The translations under genes were made by a program, and so were the position numbers. From Octopus bimaculoides (lineage: Eukaryota), in assembly GCF_001194135.2 (NCBI RefSeq), contig NC_068987.1:108127782-108174889 (forward strand): 47,108 nucleotides of DNA, written 5' to 3'. Shown here piece after piece: positions 1 to 10,573 of this stretch. The first letter of the stretch is position 1, and each line of letters starts with the position of its first letter. The notes under the pieces are model-generated. The model was not told where the DNA came from, made no database searches, and saw only the letters and a program-made list of their open reading frames with translations.

Positions 1-134
1 ATGTACTTCCTGAACGCGTACAGACTCTCTTTAACAATTTTCAGTTCAATGGTGCTTCCACCAACAGCCTGAGAAAAACTTTGCTTTGGCATACTTTCTC
101 CCTGAATGGGAGCGTTGCTTTCGGCTGTCGCCAT
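1..134 (-). CDS. 5' part of an ORF running off the window edge; probably ORF1 (gag-like) of an L1/Tx1 non-LTR retrotransposon
   Basis: Minus strand reads GACAAA-ATG-GCG (ATG at 134-132), then 44 open codons to position 1: MATAESNAPIQGESMPKQSFSQAVGGSTIELKIVKESLYAFRKY. It is absent from the ORF track. The SFSQAV-type N-terminus recalls L1/Tx1 ORF1 proteins (recognition from memory, not searched). Confidence 0.55.
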   Translation of the reverse strand, partial: MATAESNAPIQGESMPKQSFSQAVGGSTIELKIVKESLYAFRKY

Positions 135-480
135 TTTGTCAAAAAGGCAAAAATAACAGAAAAAATTCTTGTCGCCAAGACAAATGAATGGTATTTTCCT
201 GCCCCGTAGGGCGAAAAACTACTGTTAAACAAACAGTTACAAAAATGTCTCACAATAACAGACGTAAAAGAACTCACACAGACGTAGCAGCAAAGATATT
301 TGAATCAAGATATAATACTCCAAACAGGAAAATTCATATATTGTGTGGTCGACTTAATACAAAGCAGTTTTATAATATATGGCCAATATAACCCTTTCAA
401 ATCTAGGTCACTGTGCCTAACTTTACAATCCACCTGATCTTCTGAGGAGGAAAGAAAAGAAATAGTTGCATATTTCTTTC

Positions 481-527
481 GACAAATTCGGCTGCGTCAT
501 CAAATGGACAGATTCGGCTGCGTCATC
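481..527. repeat. 26-bp-period tandem duplication
   Basis: GACAAATTCGGCTGCGTCATC (481-501) and GACAGATTCGGCTGCGTCATC (507-527). Confidence 0.9.
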
Positions 528-1415
528 TTTTTCTACGTGTGGTTTTTATTACCTCTTTACTGAGAATCCTGCAGAGATGACGTTTAACCTCGTATACATA
601 ACGGGAATACAGCGTGACAGGGTCAAGTCAGCCGCCTTCTGTTTAGTGGAACCATGAATGTTGCAAGTATTTGAACGAAGCCTCCTGTCTGAAGATATTT
701 ACATACGACCTCCACTATAGCAGTCTCTCCCTGCCCCTAGTCTTGGAGACTTTGCAAATTATCATGAATGATGCCCTTTCTGTTTTGATAAAACCATTTA
801 AACAAAATACAAATAATTCTAGACTTGTACTAGTTTCATTTAATTAACTATACTTTTCTTACACAAATGAATAGCAATGTAGAAATGTTACAAATCAATT
901 TGCATTAAAAAGAAAACACAGCTATTAAGCAAACATACCGAGGGAGAATAAAGGCAGAGTGGAGATATTGCGTTTCACTACTTTCAAAGTGTAAACTATT
1001 TTAAACATCTGAATGAAAAAAACACTCCTTTAAGTGGCTACTTAGAAAAGCCAAACAAGAATGTTTTTAATGAAATTCCAACTTAATCTATATCTTTAGT
1101 ATTTACGTTGTTAGATTTGCAAACAAATTTCGGCTACCGCTATGTAATCACAGACAGAGCTCGAGTTTATAAAAGATTACTGAATCATTTACTACGTCTA
1201 TATAAATATGTGTAACCGACCGTTAATTAGTACTTTAGATATATACACTCACTAACACACCCATACATTTATCTATCTATATAATTTTCGCTATATTCCT
1301 TCTTTACTTTCTTTCTTTTCTCTTTTCCTGCCTATATCTAGCTAGCTAGTCAGTTGTATGCCTATTTATCTTTCCATTTCTGTCTACATATATACTTATA
1401 TATATATATATAAAC

Positions 1416-1417
<2 letters not shown>

Positions 1418-1500
<83 letters not shown>
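1418..1500. repeat. (AC)n(AT)n compound microsatellite
   Basis: Direct reading. Confidence 0.95.
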
Positions 1501-1503
<3 letters not shown>

Positions 1504-2153
1504 TTATGTATGTATGTACGTATTTATGTGTGTATGTATGACTCCTTGTGCGAGATAAATATTATCTTTACAAGGAATTGAATATTTATTATCTATATTA
1601 GATATTAGAAAATTCATGTCTATATAATATACATATAATAACTCCTAGAGAAAGAAGTGCAAACATTCTAAATGCTGGCGATATTAATCCTTTCTTTGGT
1701 ACTATAGTGTATCCATAATTACGACAATCGCCTTGCAGCAATCTAGTTAGGTAACCTGACCCCATCCAGGTAGGCACACATGTGAGATTACAACAAACTG
1801 TTTGCATTAAAGCCTATACAAGCAATATAACTTTGCTGCAGAGTAATATATTGGGATGGATTTTCATTTTTTCTTTATCCGAGACTTTCCAGTAGATATC
1901 CGTGAACTGAGTTAAACAGGGAAAGCTGACACATAGTATTCAATTCACTGCGTTCTGTGTAGAAATACACCGGCAGAGGAGGTTATTCGTGGTTGTTTCT
2001 CCTCTTGGGTAAAGCAGAAGGAATATCAAGAAGACACTACAAAGCTACAGCTTTGTACGTTTATACAGGGTGGTGCCAAAGTAGGCATGCAATTATGAAA
2101 AAAGAAAACACGTACATATTAATGGTTATGATAAAATTATTATTATTATCATG

Positions 2154-2570
2154 GGTGCAGGAGTGGCTTTGTGGTAAGTAGCTTGCTTTCCAACCGCATG
2201 GTTTCGGATTCAGTCCCACTGCGTAGCACCTTGCGCAAGTGTCTTCTACAATAGCCTCGGGGCGACCAAAGCCTTGTGAGTGGATTTGATAGACAGAAAC
2301 TGAAAGAAGCCCGTTGTATATAAGTATATATATATATATACGTATGTGTGTGTATATGTTGTGTATCTGAGTTTGTAACCCCAACATCGCTTGACAACTG
2401 ATGCTGGTGTGTTTAGGTCCCCGTAACTTAGTGGTTCGGAAAAAGAGACGGATAGAATAAGTACTAGGCTTCCAAAGAATAAGTCCTGGCGTCGATTTGA
2501 TTCGACTAAAGGCAGTGCTCCAGCATGGCCGCAGTCAAATGACTGAAACAAGTAAAAGAATAAAAGAATA
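2154..2570 (+). mobile_element. tRNA-derived SINE, family A (~420 bp, internal microsatellite), full length
   Basis: Head with A-box TGGCTTTGTGG and B-box-like GGATTCAGTCCC; central (AT/GT)n; tail GGCCGCAGTCAAATGACTGAAACAAGTAAAAGAATAAAAGA. Homologous to copies at 3400-3817, 7150-7552, 21040-21420, 22185-22615 and 40453-40855. Probably one of the octopus OK/OR-type SINEs (not verified). Confidence 0.9.
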
Positions 2571-3324
2571 AATATGATAAATGTATTGTGATTAATGGTA
2601 CTGAAAATACCGAAAATGAAGCTAATTTAATGAGCTAATAATCTTAATGAATTAAGTATTATAACATTGATGTGATACTTAGTGGACACATACTTTTGCG
2701 CCTCCTATATACATACATACGTACATATATTTATATATACGTGTGTGTGTGCATGCATGTATATTTATGTGTGCGTATGTATATCTATTTACCTATGTTT
2801 ATATATCATATTCACATGCCTACGTTTATCGTACATTTATAAATTTATACATGCGTACAAGATTTCAAAGATTCCTGCCTGAAATTCTTTAGATAAATAG
2901 ATTCACACACTTGGATGTGTTTATCGGCGGTTCACCTTACACGTCATCTCAATCACATATTTAGGAACATCGGCAACTCGTAACTCAAACGGTTTTGTCG
3001 CTTCGTTACCGACCGGCATGGATTCTCTTGAGAAGTTAAATGAAATTCAAAGAAACACATACAAATAACAGGAAGATACCATTTCAAACATGTATTTCTA
3101 TAGAGACTATCCTTGAAATGTGAGTGAGGTGGTCGTTCCAGATTTTAAAAAAATAACCTCAGGTAATAGATCATTATTTTACTAAGTGCTGATCTGTGCT
3201 TACAGGTGATGCTACAAAATAGTATGAATATTTATGGGCACCTATTTAAATGATGAAATATCCATTGATTTATATGTGTGTACACACACATATATATATA
3301 AATACACACACATACATATATACA

Positions 3325-3389
3325 TTTTTTTTGTTTTTCATTTTTATCTAGTTTAAGCTCATGAGTTGCGGCCATGCTGGAGCACCGCC
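3325..3389 (-). mobile_element. Isolated 3' tail of family A SINE
   Basis: GCGGCCATGCTGGAGCACCGCC at 3368-3389 repeats the tail motif of the adjacent full copy (3438-3459). Confidence 0.75.
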
Positions 3390-3399
3390 ATGTATATAG

Positions 3400-3817
3400 T
3401 CTTTTAACATTTTTTTGTTTATTTAAGTCATTTGAGTGCGGCCATGCTGGAGCACTGCCTTTAGTCGAACAAATCGGTCCCAGAACATATTATTTGTAAG
3501 CTTAGTACTTATCTACTCGGTGTTTTTTACCGAACCGCTAAGTTACAGGAACGTAAGCACACCAACATCGGTTGTCAAGCGATAGTGGGGTAGTGGCAAA
3601 CATACACACAAAACGTATATATATATATACACAAACACACATGCATATATCTATTCGGTAGGCTTCTTTCAGTTTCTGTCTACCAAATCCACTCACAAGG
3701 CTTTGGTCGGCCGGTGGCTATAGTAGAAAACACTTGACCAGGTGCCTCGCAGTGGGAATGAACCCAGAACCATGTGGTTGGCAAGCAAGCTACTTACCAC
3801 ACAGCTACTCCTGCGCC
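3400..3817 (-). mobile_element. Family A SINE, full length
   Basis: Reverse complement of the 2154-2570 element; the head ends at ...ACAGCTACTCCTGCGCC. Confidence 0.9.
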
Positions 3818-4229
3818 TATTTGTATTCATTTTGTAAAGGCTATGAAAAGAGGAAGTGCAGTACATACGAACCTAGTTAACATTCCTATACTTTGGCCGC
3901 TAAATACGGAAGAGTCTCAAAATTCACGCGTAACTAGATTTTAAGTACTTAACCGTCCATTTTAACTGCCGATAGTTACTGAAAGTCAATAATGCCTTCA
4001 GACACTGCCAACAAATAAGGTACTTCTTTAATGATTTTTGGGACTTGTTGTACCTCTCGATGGGGAGTCATCACTGGTGAACGTATTCTGACAGAACATT
4101 GACGACACAAATGAACGTGCAGTAGGGTTCATCACAACAAAATATCGAATTATTTTCAGGACCAATTTCGCTTGCTTGCTTCAGGTTGGTACATTCCCTT
4201 AAAGTCACGCAACCGTCGAGAATGAATTA

Positions 4230-5762
4230 TAGACACTATCACCGTTATTGGTTTTGTGCCATTCAAAGAAACTACATTCCGTCTTTCATCTTCCTGGTAT
4301 CGATAAAACACATACCGCTCAAGTACTTAACGTGATTATACATCAGACCTAATCATTTTTCCGTTTGTCCGTATTAGAAAGTATTAACATTTACAATAAT
4401 AAAGATGGCAGAGTTTGGAATGTCAGTAGACATATATACTATGTTCAAATCTCATCTGAATAACTTTACTTTGCATCATTCTGCGCTACTTAAGAATAGT
4501 ACTGCTTATTACTTCTGTTTGTGTCTCACCCTAGATTACCTTGATTGAGCAGGCTATAATCGAAGGTATTCCTTCCATCTGGGACTATTCCGACCAGTAA
4601 GGATTCAGCTGTCATTTCTAACATGCTTAGCGACATGGTAGAAACGACAGCGGATGCGGCTTTGTATTATCTCGTATTATCAGTTAAACACTGAGAGCGG
4701 AGAACTCACAGGATCGTTAGGATGGCAGCATTTCCTCACTCAAATTCCACCCAGATTAACTTTGCTTTGACTCATTCGGATTCGATAAAATAAGTGCAAT
4801 CCAAGTATTGGCCTTTTGCCAAAATCTGAGAACAACACTAAGGTCGATTAGATCGAATATACTGACCAAGTGATGCGTTAGATTTGATGTGATTCTACTC
4901 TTTGTTTCTTAAATTTGTGATTCAGGGTCAATATTAGAAATTAACAATACTTTTTTCAAATTCAAACATGAGCAAACTCCTATAATTTAAATGGGATCCA
5001 CTATTTGGCCGGTACTTTATTTTGTCAAAGAAACTAATTTCATCTCGACAAATTGAACTGAGAAAGCAAACAGTTATAAACAAATTCTTCTCTGTAAAGA
5101 CTTTGAAAATCCACAAATCTGAGATGGGCCGAATTTTTAATGTCTCGCACATACTAATTAGCTTTATTTAGTTACGGCCGATTACGTTCTCAGCGGCCTG
5201 GACAATATTTGCCTTTCATTCTTTCAAGATCAGTAAAATAAAGTACCAACCAAGTACGAGTGTTGTAATCGAACTATCCTCTCCCCTTTAAATAACTGTC
5301 CTTGTACCAAAATTAGAAAGAATTATTATTACTAAAATAATAGCAGAACCGTTTGAACATCGGAAAAATTCTTTACATTATGTTTTTGGGGTTGAATGGG
5401 GCTCTTGACGTTCTGATTTCAAATGCTACAGCGATCATTCTTGCCATTCTGTTCGTGGTCGATTAGATGAAGTACCAGTCAAGTACTGAGCTGCATATGA
5501 TCGACTAAACGCTTTCTCCCACATGTGCTAGGTCCTGCCAACATTTGGAACTACTACCAGAATCGTTAGTACGCCGGGAAAAATGCTTAATGTCATTTCG
5601 TCCGTCTTTACGTTCTGAGTTCAAATTCCACCGAGGTCGATTTTCCTTTCATCCTTTAGGGATCGATAAATTGAATAACAGTTGAGTACACCCTACCCCA
5701 AACTTTCAGGCCTTGTGTCTATAGTAGTAAGGATTATTATTATTATCATTATCATTATTATA

Positions 5763-5815
<53 letters not shown>

Positions 5816-6010
5816 TATGAAAATGTAGATGAATAAGTAGAAAACTTAGAGCTAGGGAATCAATGCTTTTCCGCATTTTTGCGGACCTTTATATTCTTGT
5901 TTCAATTACCACGAAATGAAATCTGCCTTTCATTATTTCAAGTCGATAACGTAAGGTACCACTCAAGCACGACGGTGGCTGGTAACCTCTAACCCGTTCC
6001 CCTCAAAATC
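4230..6010 (+). mobile_element. Cluster of about six same-orientation, variably decayed family B SINEs
   Basis: Repeated core TTCAAATTCC...CTTTCATCC...TCGATAAA...AAGTACCA at ~4290, ~4760, ~5200, ~5440, ~5620 and ~5920. The best copy is 5555-5815, with a (TAT)n tail. Confidence 0.7.
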
Positions 6011-6055
6011 TTAGTCTCCCAGCTAAATCAGAAAATATTAGATATGTTGTTGACG

Positions 6056-6064
6056 GTAGTAGTT

Positions 6065-6095
<31 letters not shown>

Positions 6096-6099
6096 CAGC

Positions 6100-6150
<51 letters not shown>
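6056..6150. repeat. (AGT)n microsatellite
   Basis: Direct reading. Confidence 0.95.
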
Positions 6151-6151
<1 letters not shown>

Positions 6152-6489
6152 AGGGAGTTAGTGTAGCGCGCTCAGTAGTTTCATTTAACCTTGATTTATC
6201 CGGCATCATTATTAGATAATAAAATATTTTATAGGCGGCATTGAAAACCGAGCATAAAAGTACTGGAATCAATAGATTAATGATTTTAGTCTTTATTATA
6301 TTACAAAATGAAAATATAGAAGTTTGAATGGGAATTATTTCAAAACTATATATATAGGAAAACTATTTTATTGCTTGCAGTTTTATAATTAATGTGAATG
6401 AGTTATTCCTGAAGTTATAAAATATGTATGAATATCCATGTTAGCAATAGTTTGTATTGTATATATCGTTGTCTTTCGCTTTCACGTTT

Positions 6490-6568
6490 TGTATATATAT
6501 ATATATATATATATATAAAGAGAGAGAGAGAAAGAGAGAGAGATATACATACATACATATGTATATAT

Positions 6569-6625
<57 letters not shown>

Positions 6626-6810
6626 CATACATGCATACATACATACATACATACATACAGACACATAGAGATTAATGGATATACCCATATATGTATATGC
6701 ATACGTATGTGTAAATACATACGTGCGTGTGTGTATATATGTTTGTAGGTATGTATGCATGCATATATATACATACATAAAGAGTAGTGGATAGACAGGG
6801 ACTCATACAT

Positions 6811-6878
<68 letters not shown>

Positions 6879-6900
6879 TTGTGTACGTGCGCCGGCGCGA
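6490..6900. repeat. Compound (AT)/(AG)/(AC)/(ATAC) microsatellite field
   Basis: Direct reading; it generates the YIYI/HTHT ORFs in the track. Confidence 0.95.
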
Positions 6901-7149
6901 ATGGGTTTGTACATGTGTGCGCACGGGTGTGTATGTGAGCGTACGTGAATGCATGATCGAAGGTGAGGCCAACGAAAGCAGAAAGAGGCAGATAAACCCA
7001 TAAAGCAATAAAGATTGAAAGTTAAGCAGAATGGTGCGTTGAATGACGTGTAATTCCATCATGTGATAGATACACCGATAAACATATATTTCATGTACAT
7101 TCCTATCTATCTATTTATTTATCTCTCTGGGTTTTTTTCTCTCTCTCTC

Positions 7150-7552
7150 TGTTGTAAGAAGCTTGCTATCCAACCACTTGGTTCTGGGTTCAGTCCCATT
7201 GCGTGGCACCTTGGGCAGATATCTACTATAGCCTCACGCCGACGAAAGTCTTGTGAGTCGATTTGGCATATATGCATATATATATATATATATATATATA
7301 TGTGGGTGGGGGTGTATGCATGTATGTATTTATGTATGTATGTGTCTTTGCATCTGTGCTTGTTGCCCACCACTGCTTGACCACCGGTGTTCGTGTGTTG
7401 TTGTCCTCGTAACAAAAGAGACTGATAGAACAAGTACCAGGCTTTAAAAAATAAGTACTGAGGTCAATTCTTTCGACTAAACAAAAAGAAAAGTTAATTC
7501 GGGGCCCTTGCGCGGCCGCAGACCGATGACTGAAACAACTAAAAAAAGAGAG
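7150..7552 (+). mobile_element. Family A SINE, diverged, with internal deletions
   Basis: Head GGTTCAGTCCCATTGCGTGGCACCTTGGGCA; tail GCGGCCGCAGACCGATGACTGAAACAAC. Confidence 0.85.
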
Positions 7553-8129
7553 AATATAAATATATTGTTTAATATGCACATTATATAATTCTGGGCTACT
7601 AATCGTTTCATATATTGAAGATCTTATCTAGCCAGCTTTTAAAACACGCCTAGTGTCTCCAAGTAATATTTGGGCTCTGCGCACATGGCCTATAAATCAG
7701 GACAATAAAACGAGAGAAATTACGAGATAAATATTTATTACTGTTTGTTAGTTTTTATGAATAGTTGTCTATCTGATATAATTTAACGTTAAAGTGTAGG
7801 ATTACATCATATTTTTTGTCAGGTAAATATTTATTAATATTCACAGACAAATGGCTGACAAGGACTTCGAAGATTCAGTTTACCAGTATAATTACATCGT
7901 GTAAACAAACTTCTAAAGTTTTACTGTGGTAGTAGTCGCATAGTGTCAAACTACCAGCGGGCCTTGGAGTGATCTAACGCCACTATAAAGATTACCACAG
8001 TGCAGCAGACAATCTACTAGAACAAGATGGGAAAAATACCACTTCATTTCTTGGAGCAGAGACGCCAGAGATGTATGATATTTTATATGTTGTATTGCAC
8101 TACTTATTGGATAAACCAATTTTGCATAT

Positions 8130-8600
8130 TAAACCCATTCCTGGCCGCTACGTAAATATTAATGACTTGTAGGGACCCGGTATTTCGTAATGCAACCATA
8201 ATATACTAGAAAGTATATGAAACATTTTTATAAGTCAATACTGTGTTCCACTGTGTTAGCAGTGCTACTGCATCACTTGTTAAGTTTATCTCTACAGATT
8301 GTCTATAGAAATTACAGCTAGCTTCCAACAACATGTTTAATGTAAGATTGGTTTATGCAGTGACGTTACACCGCTATATTTAGTGGTTATTTTAAACAAT
8401 GAATTCCTGGATGCTTAATGGGTTCGATGGGCGCTGAGAAAAGATCAAAACTCCCGAAATATCTCATATACGCCCATTACCTATTTTTCATCTTCGATGT
8501 CGTTCTTTGTTTACACCTGTCGTATTGGATACGAATCATCGTAACGGAATCGGTGCTGGCTATAATTTTTATGGACAATCTTTAAAGATACCCTTAACAA
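8130..8600. mobile_element. Interspersed repeat, possibly a Penelope-like terminal region; homologous to 19377-19710
   Basis: The reverse complement of 8355-8520 aligns to 19440-19595, and that of 8130-8260 aligns to 19590-19710. 8275-8325 aligns directly to 19377-19430. The class assignment is inference. Confidence 0.6.
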
Positions 8601-8605
8601 GTGAA

Positions 8606-8664
<59 letters not shown>

Positions 8665-8667
<3 letters not shown>

Positions 8668-9200
8668 AGAATGGTGAAATACCTAAGAGGACTATTCATA
8701 AGTGTTTCACTAGGTTTTGGAGGGATAATTTTGCTATGCAATACAGTGAACGTTCGAGCAGCCCTACAGTTAATAATGTTATGAGAAAATCACGTAGGCT
8801 ACAGTTCTTTGTGTAGCATCTGTCCCATTTCAATTTGACTCATAGGCCATGGTGTTTCTCGGGTATACAAGGTTTTAAAAAGAGCATTCTACTGGTTAAT
8901 CGTTATCTTCATTAAAGTGATCCTCATCCCGATGGAGTACATTGCCCAAAGATTTCGGCGGTCTTCCAGCTGTATATGTGGATGTGTTTAAGCAACAATG
9001 GGACAAATGTTTAATTGATATACCAGATGAAGCCACATCACGGCAAGAAACACAAAGAAGGCTAGCTCTGTCCAACTCACTACTTTATCAGGGCCAAGTC
9101 GGAAGACAGAACCGAAGAGTGAGTCTACAATAAATAAGCATTGATTCTAATGACATTGCCTCACAATGACGACAGCTTCTGGTTTCAACTGATATGAAAA
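8665..9200 (+). mobile_element. 3' end of a decayed CR1/L2-group LINE ORF2
   Basis: IHKCFTR...MQYSER resembles IQRxFTR...LSYxER. LPKDFGGLPAVYVDVFKQQWDKCLIDIPDEATSRQETQRRLALSNSLLYQ resembles the C-terminal FKxxLDxFLxxIPDxP...AxSNSL signature. Confidence 0.65.
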
Positions 9201-9911
9201 TAGTTGAAGAATAGGGTAGATCTTAAGTTTTAAAAGTATTCATACAGTCTTCCGTCTCGTTCAAAAGTATTCCTACCTACAAAGATGAAGTTAATTATCC
9301 AAGACATCTTAATGTTATCAACTATTGTTTTAGTATTGACGTTTGGCAGGGGCCTATGGTAATGTAATAGATTTTGCGATAACATGTTTATCAGGGCCTA
9401 CAGTTAAGTTCAGGCTATCATATTTAAAGTGATCTGTGAACCATTTTTAATTTAGAGAAATTGTAACCTCAATTAGAAGTAACGTCATTTGCGTCAATGA
9501 AAATTATCCTTCGAATTGCCAAGAGAGAAAAATCCAGATATTTCAATCAGCGAAAAGTTAAATGGAGATTTGTAGGGTAAATTTTGCATGAAGAACATTC
9601 ACTGATTAAGTAAATTAAAATAATGAGACAGGAAAATTTCCCAAGACAGTTTTCTTTACAAAGAACATAAAGTTACCTGCAGATTAGTGGTTCTGAGAAT
9701 TTGGTTACCATTAAGTGGATTATGCTACACTGATGAGATGTTCAGAGACCGAAAAATGTCGCGAGTTGCCATTAAGTCTACTACCCTCCTCACTATTTAT
9801 CTCTATTTAATTTTTGCTTGATTAAAATATGTCTGGAGTTACTTCACTTGCTCTTCTGAGAATAATTTTCCTTAACGCGTATTGCTGAATGTTCAAAATA
9901 TCGTTTTCGCC

Positions 9912-10022
9912 CCCTCCACCGCCGCCACCGCCGCCGCAGCAGTAGCAGTAGTGGTAGTAGTAGTAGTTTTTGTTGTTGTTGTTGCTGCTTTTGTTTTTGT
10001 TTTTGTTGTTGTTGTTTTTGTT
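9912..10022. repeat. Compound (GCC)/(GTA)/(GTT) trinucleotide repeat
   Basis: Direct reading. Confidence 0.9.
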
Positions 10023-10029
10023 GCATTTC

Positions 10030-10170
10030 GTCAATCTTTAAATTCTGAGATCAAATTCGGCCGAGGTTTTCCATGATTTTGGGGTTGATGACATAAGTAC
10101 CAGTCAAGTACTAGGGGCTGACGTAATGGACCAGACGTTGTACCTATAATAGTAAGGGTTATTATTCATA
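10030..10170 (+). mobile_element. Family B SINE, 3' part
   Basis: TTCTGAGATCAAATTCGGCCGAGG...ATAAGTACCAGTCAAGTACT...TTGTACCTATAATAGTAAGGGTTATT. Confidence 0.7.
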
Positions 10171-10408
10171 GTAGTAATTATCGTTGCTGCTGTTTTTGCT
10201 GCTGTCATTTAACTCCTTGTATGCTCTAATCGAATAGACCTCTTACGAAAGGTGTTCAAGCTATGACCATACATTTTTTATTGCATAAAAGCCACCAAAA
10301 GATACTTATAGTGTTGATCAATGGAGAACCTATGGCTAGGTAAGAATATTTTCTTTTGTTAAACATTGTTACAGACTGTTTCTCAAAATGCAAAAGTAGA
10401 TAAATTTG

Positions 10409-10413
10409 AAAAA
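10409..10413 (-). terminator. Pol III oligo-T terminator of tRNA-His copy 1
   Basis: T5 run on the minus strand, 17 nt downstream of the discriminator base. Confidence 0.7.
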
Positions 10414-10429
10414 CCGAGCGAATGTTAGC

Positions 10430-10501
10430 TGCCGTGACCAGGATTCGAACCTGGGTTACCACGGCCACAACGTGGGGTCCTAACCACTAGACGATCACGG
10501 C
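10430..10501 (-). tRNA. tRNA-His-GTG: tRNA-His (anticodon GUG), intact
   Basis: GCCGTGATCGTCTAGTGGTTAGGACCCCACGTTGTGGCCGTGGTAACCCAGGTTCGAATCCTGGTCACGGCA (72 nt): 7-bp acceptor stem, anticodon loop TTGTGGC, TTCGAAT T-loop, A and B boxes. Confidence 0.98.
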
Positions 10502-10537
10502 TAACAGCTAATACACAACAGTCGCGAACAATATATT

Positions 10538-10573
10538 AATGATATATTTACGCTGCTGGCTATCGTATTTCTT
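10538..10573 (-). promoter_or_regulatory. Conserved upstream block of tRNA-His genes (about -72 to -37)
   Basis: 32/36 identical to 17742-17777 at the same offset from the tRNA; also recognisable at 12385-12420. Function is inferred. Confidence 0.5.

Noticed and set aside
2064-2085. TA-CAGGGTGGTGCCAAAGTAGG, resembling a Tc1/mariner end
   Set aside because: No partner inverted end found in the window.
2154-2230. SINE heads as additional tRNA genes
   Set aside because: They have A/B boxes but no cloverleaf or acceptor stem, and continue into SINE bodies.
3163-3205. GT...AG mini-intron with TACTAAG
   Set aside because: Only 43 nt, with no flanking open coding context.
6003-7062. Long ORFs (89-215 aa) with poly-L, YIYI and HTHT runs
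   Set aside because: Translations of microsatellites; no domain content.
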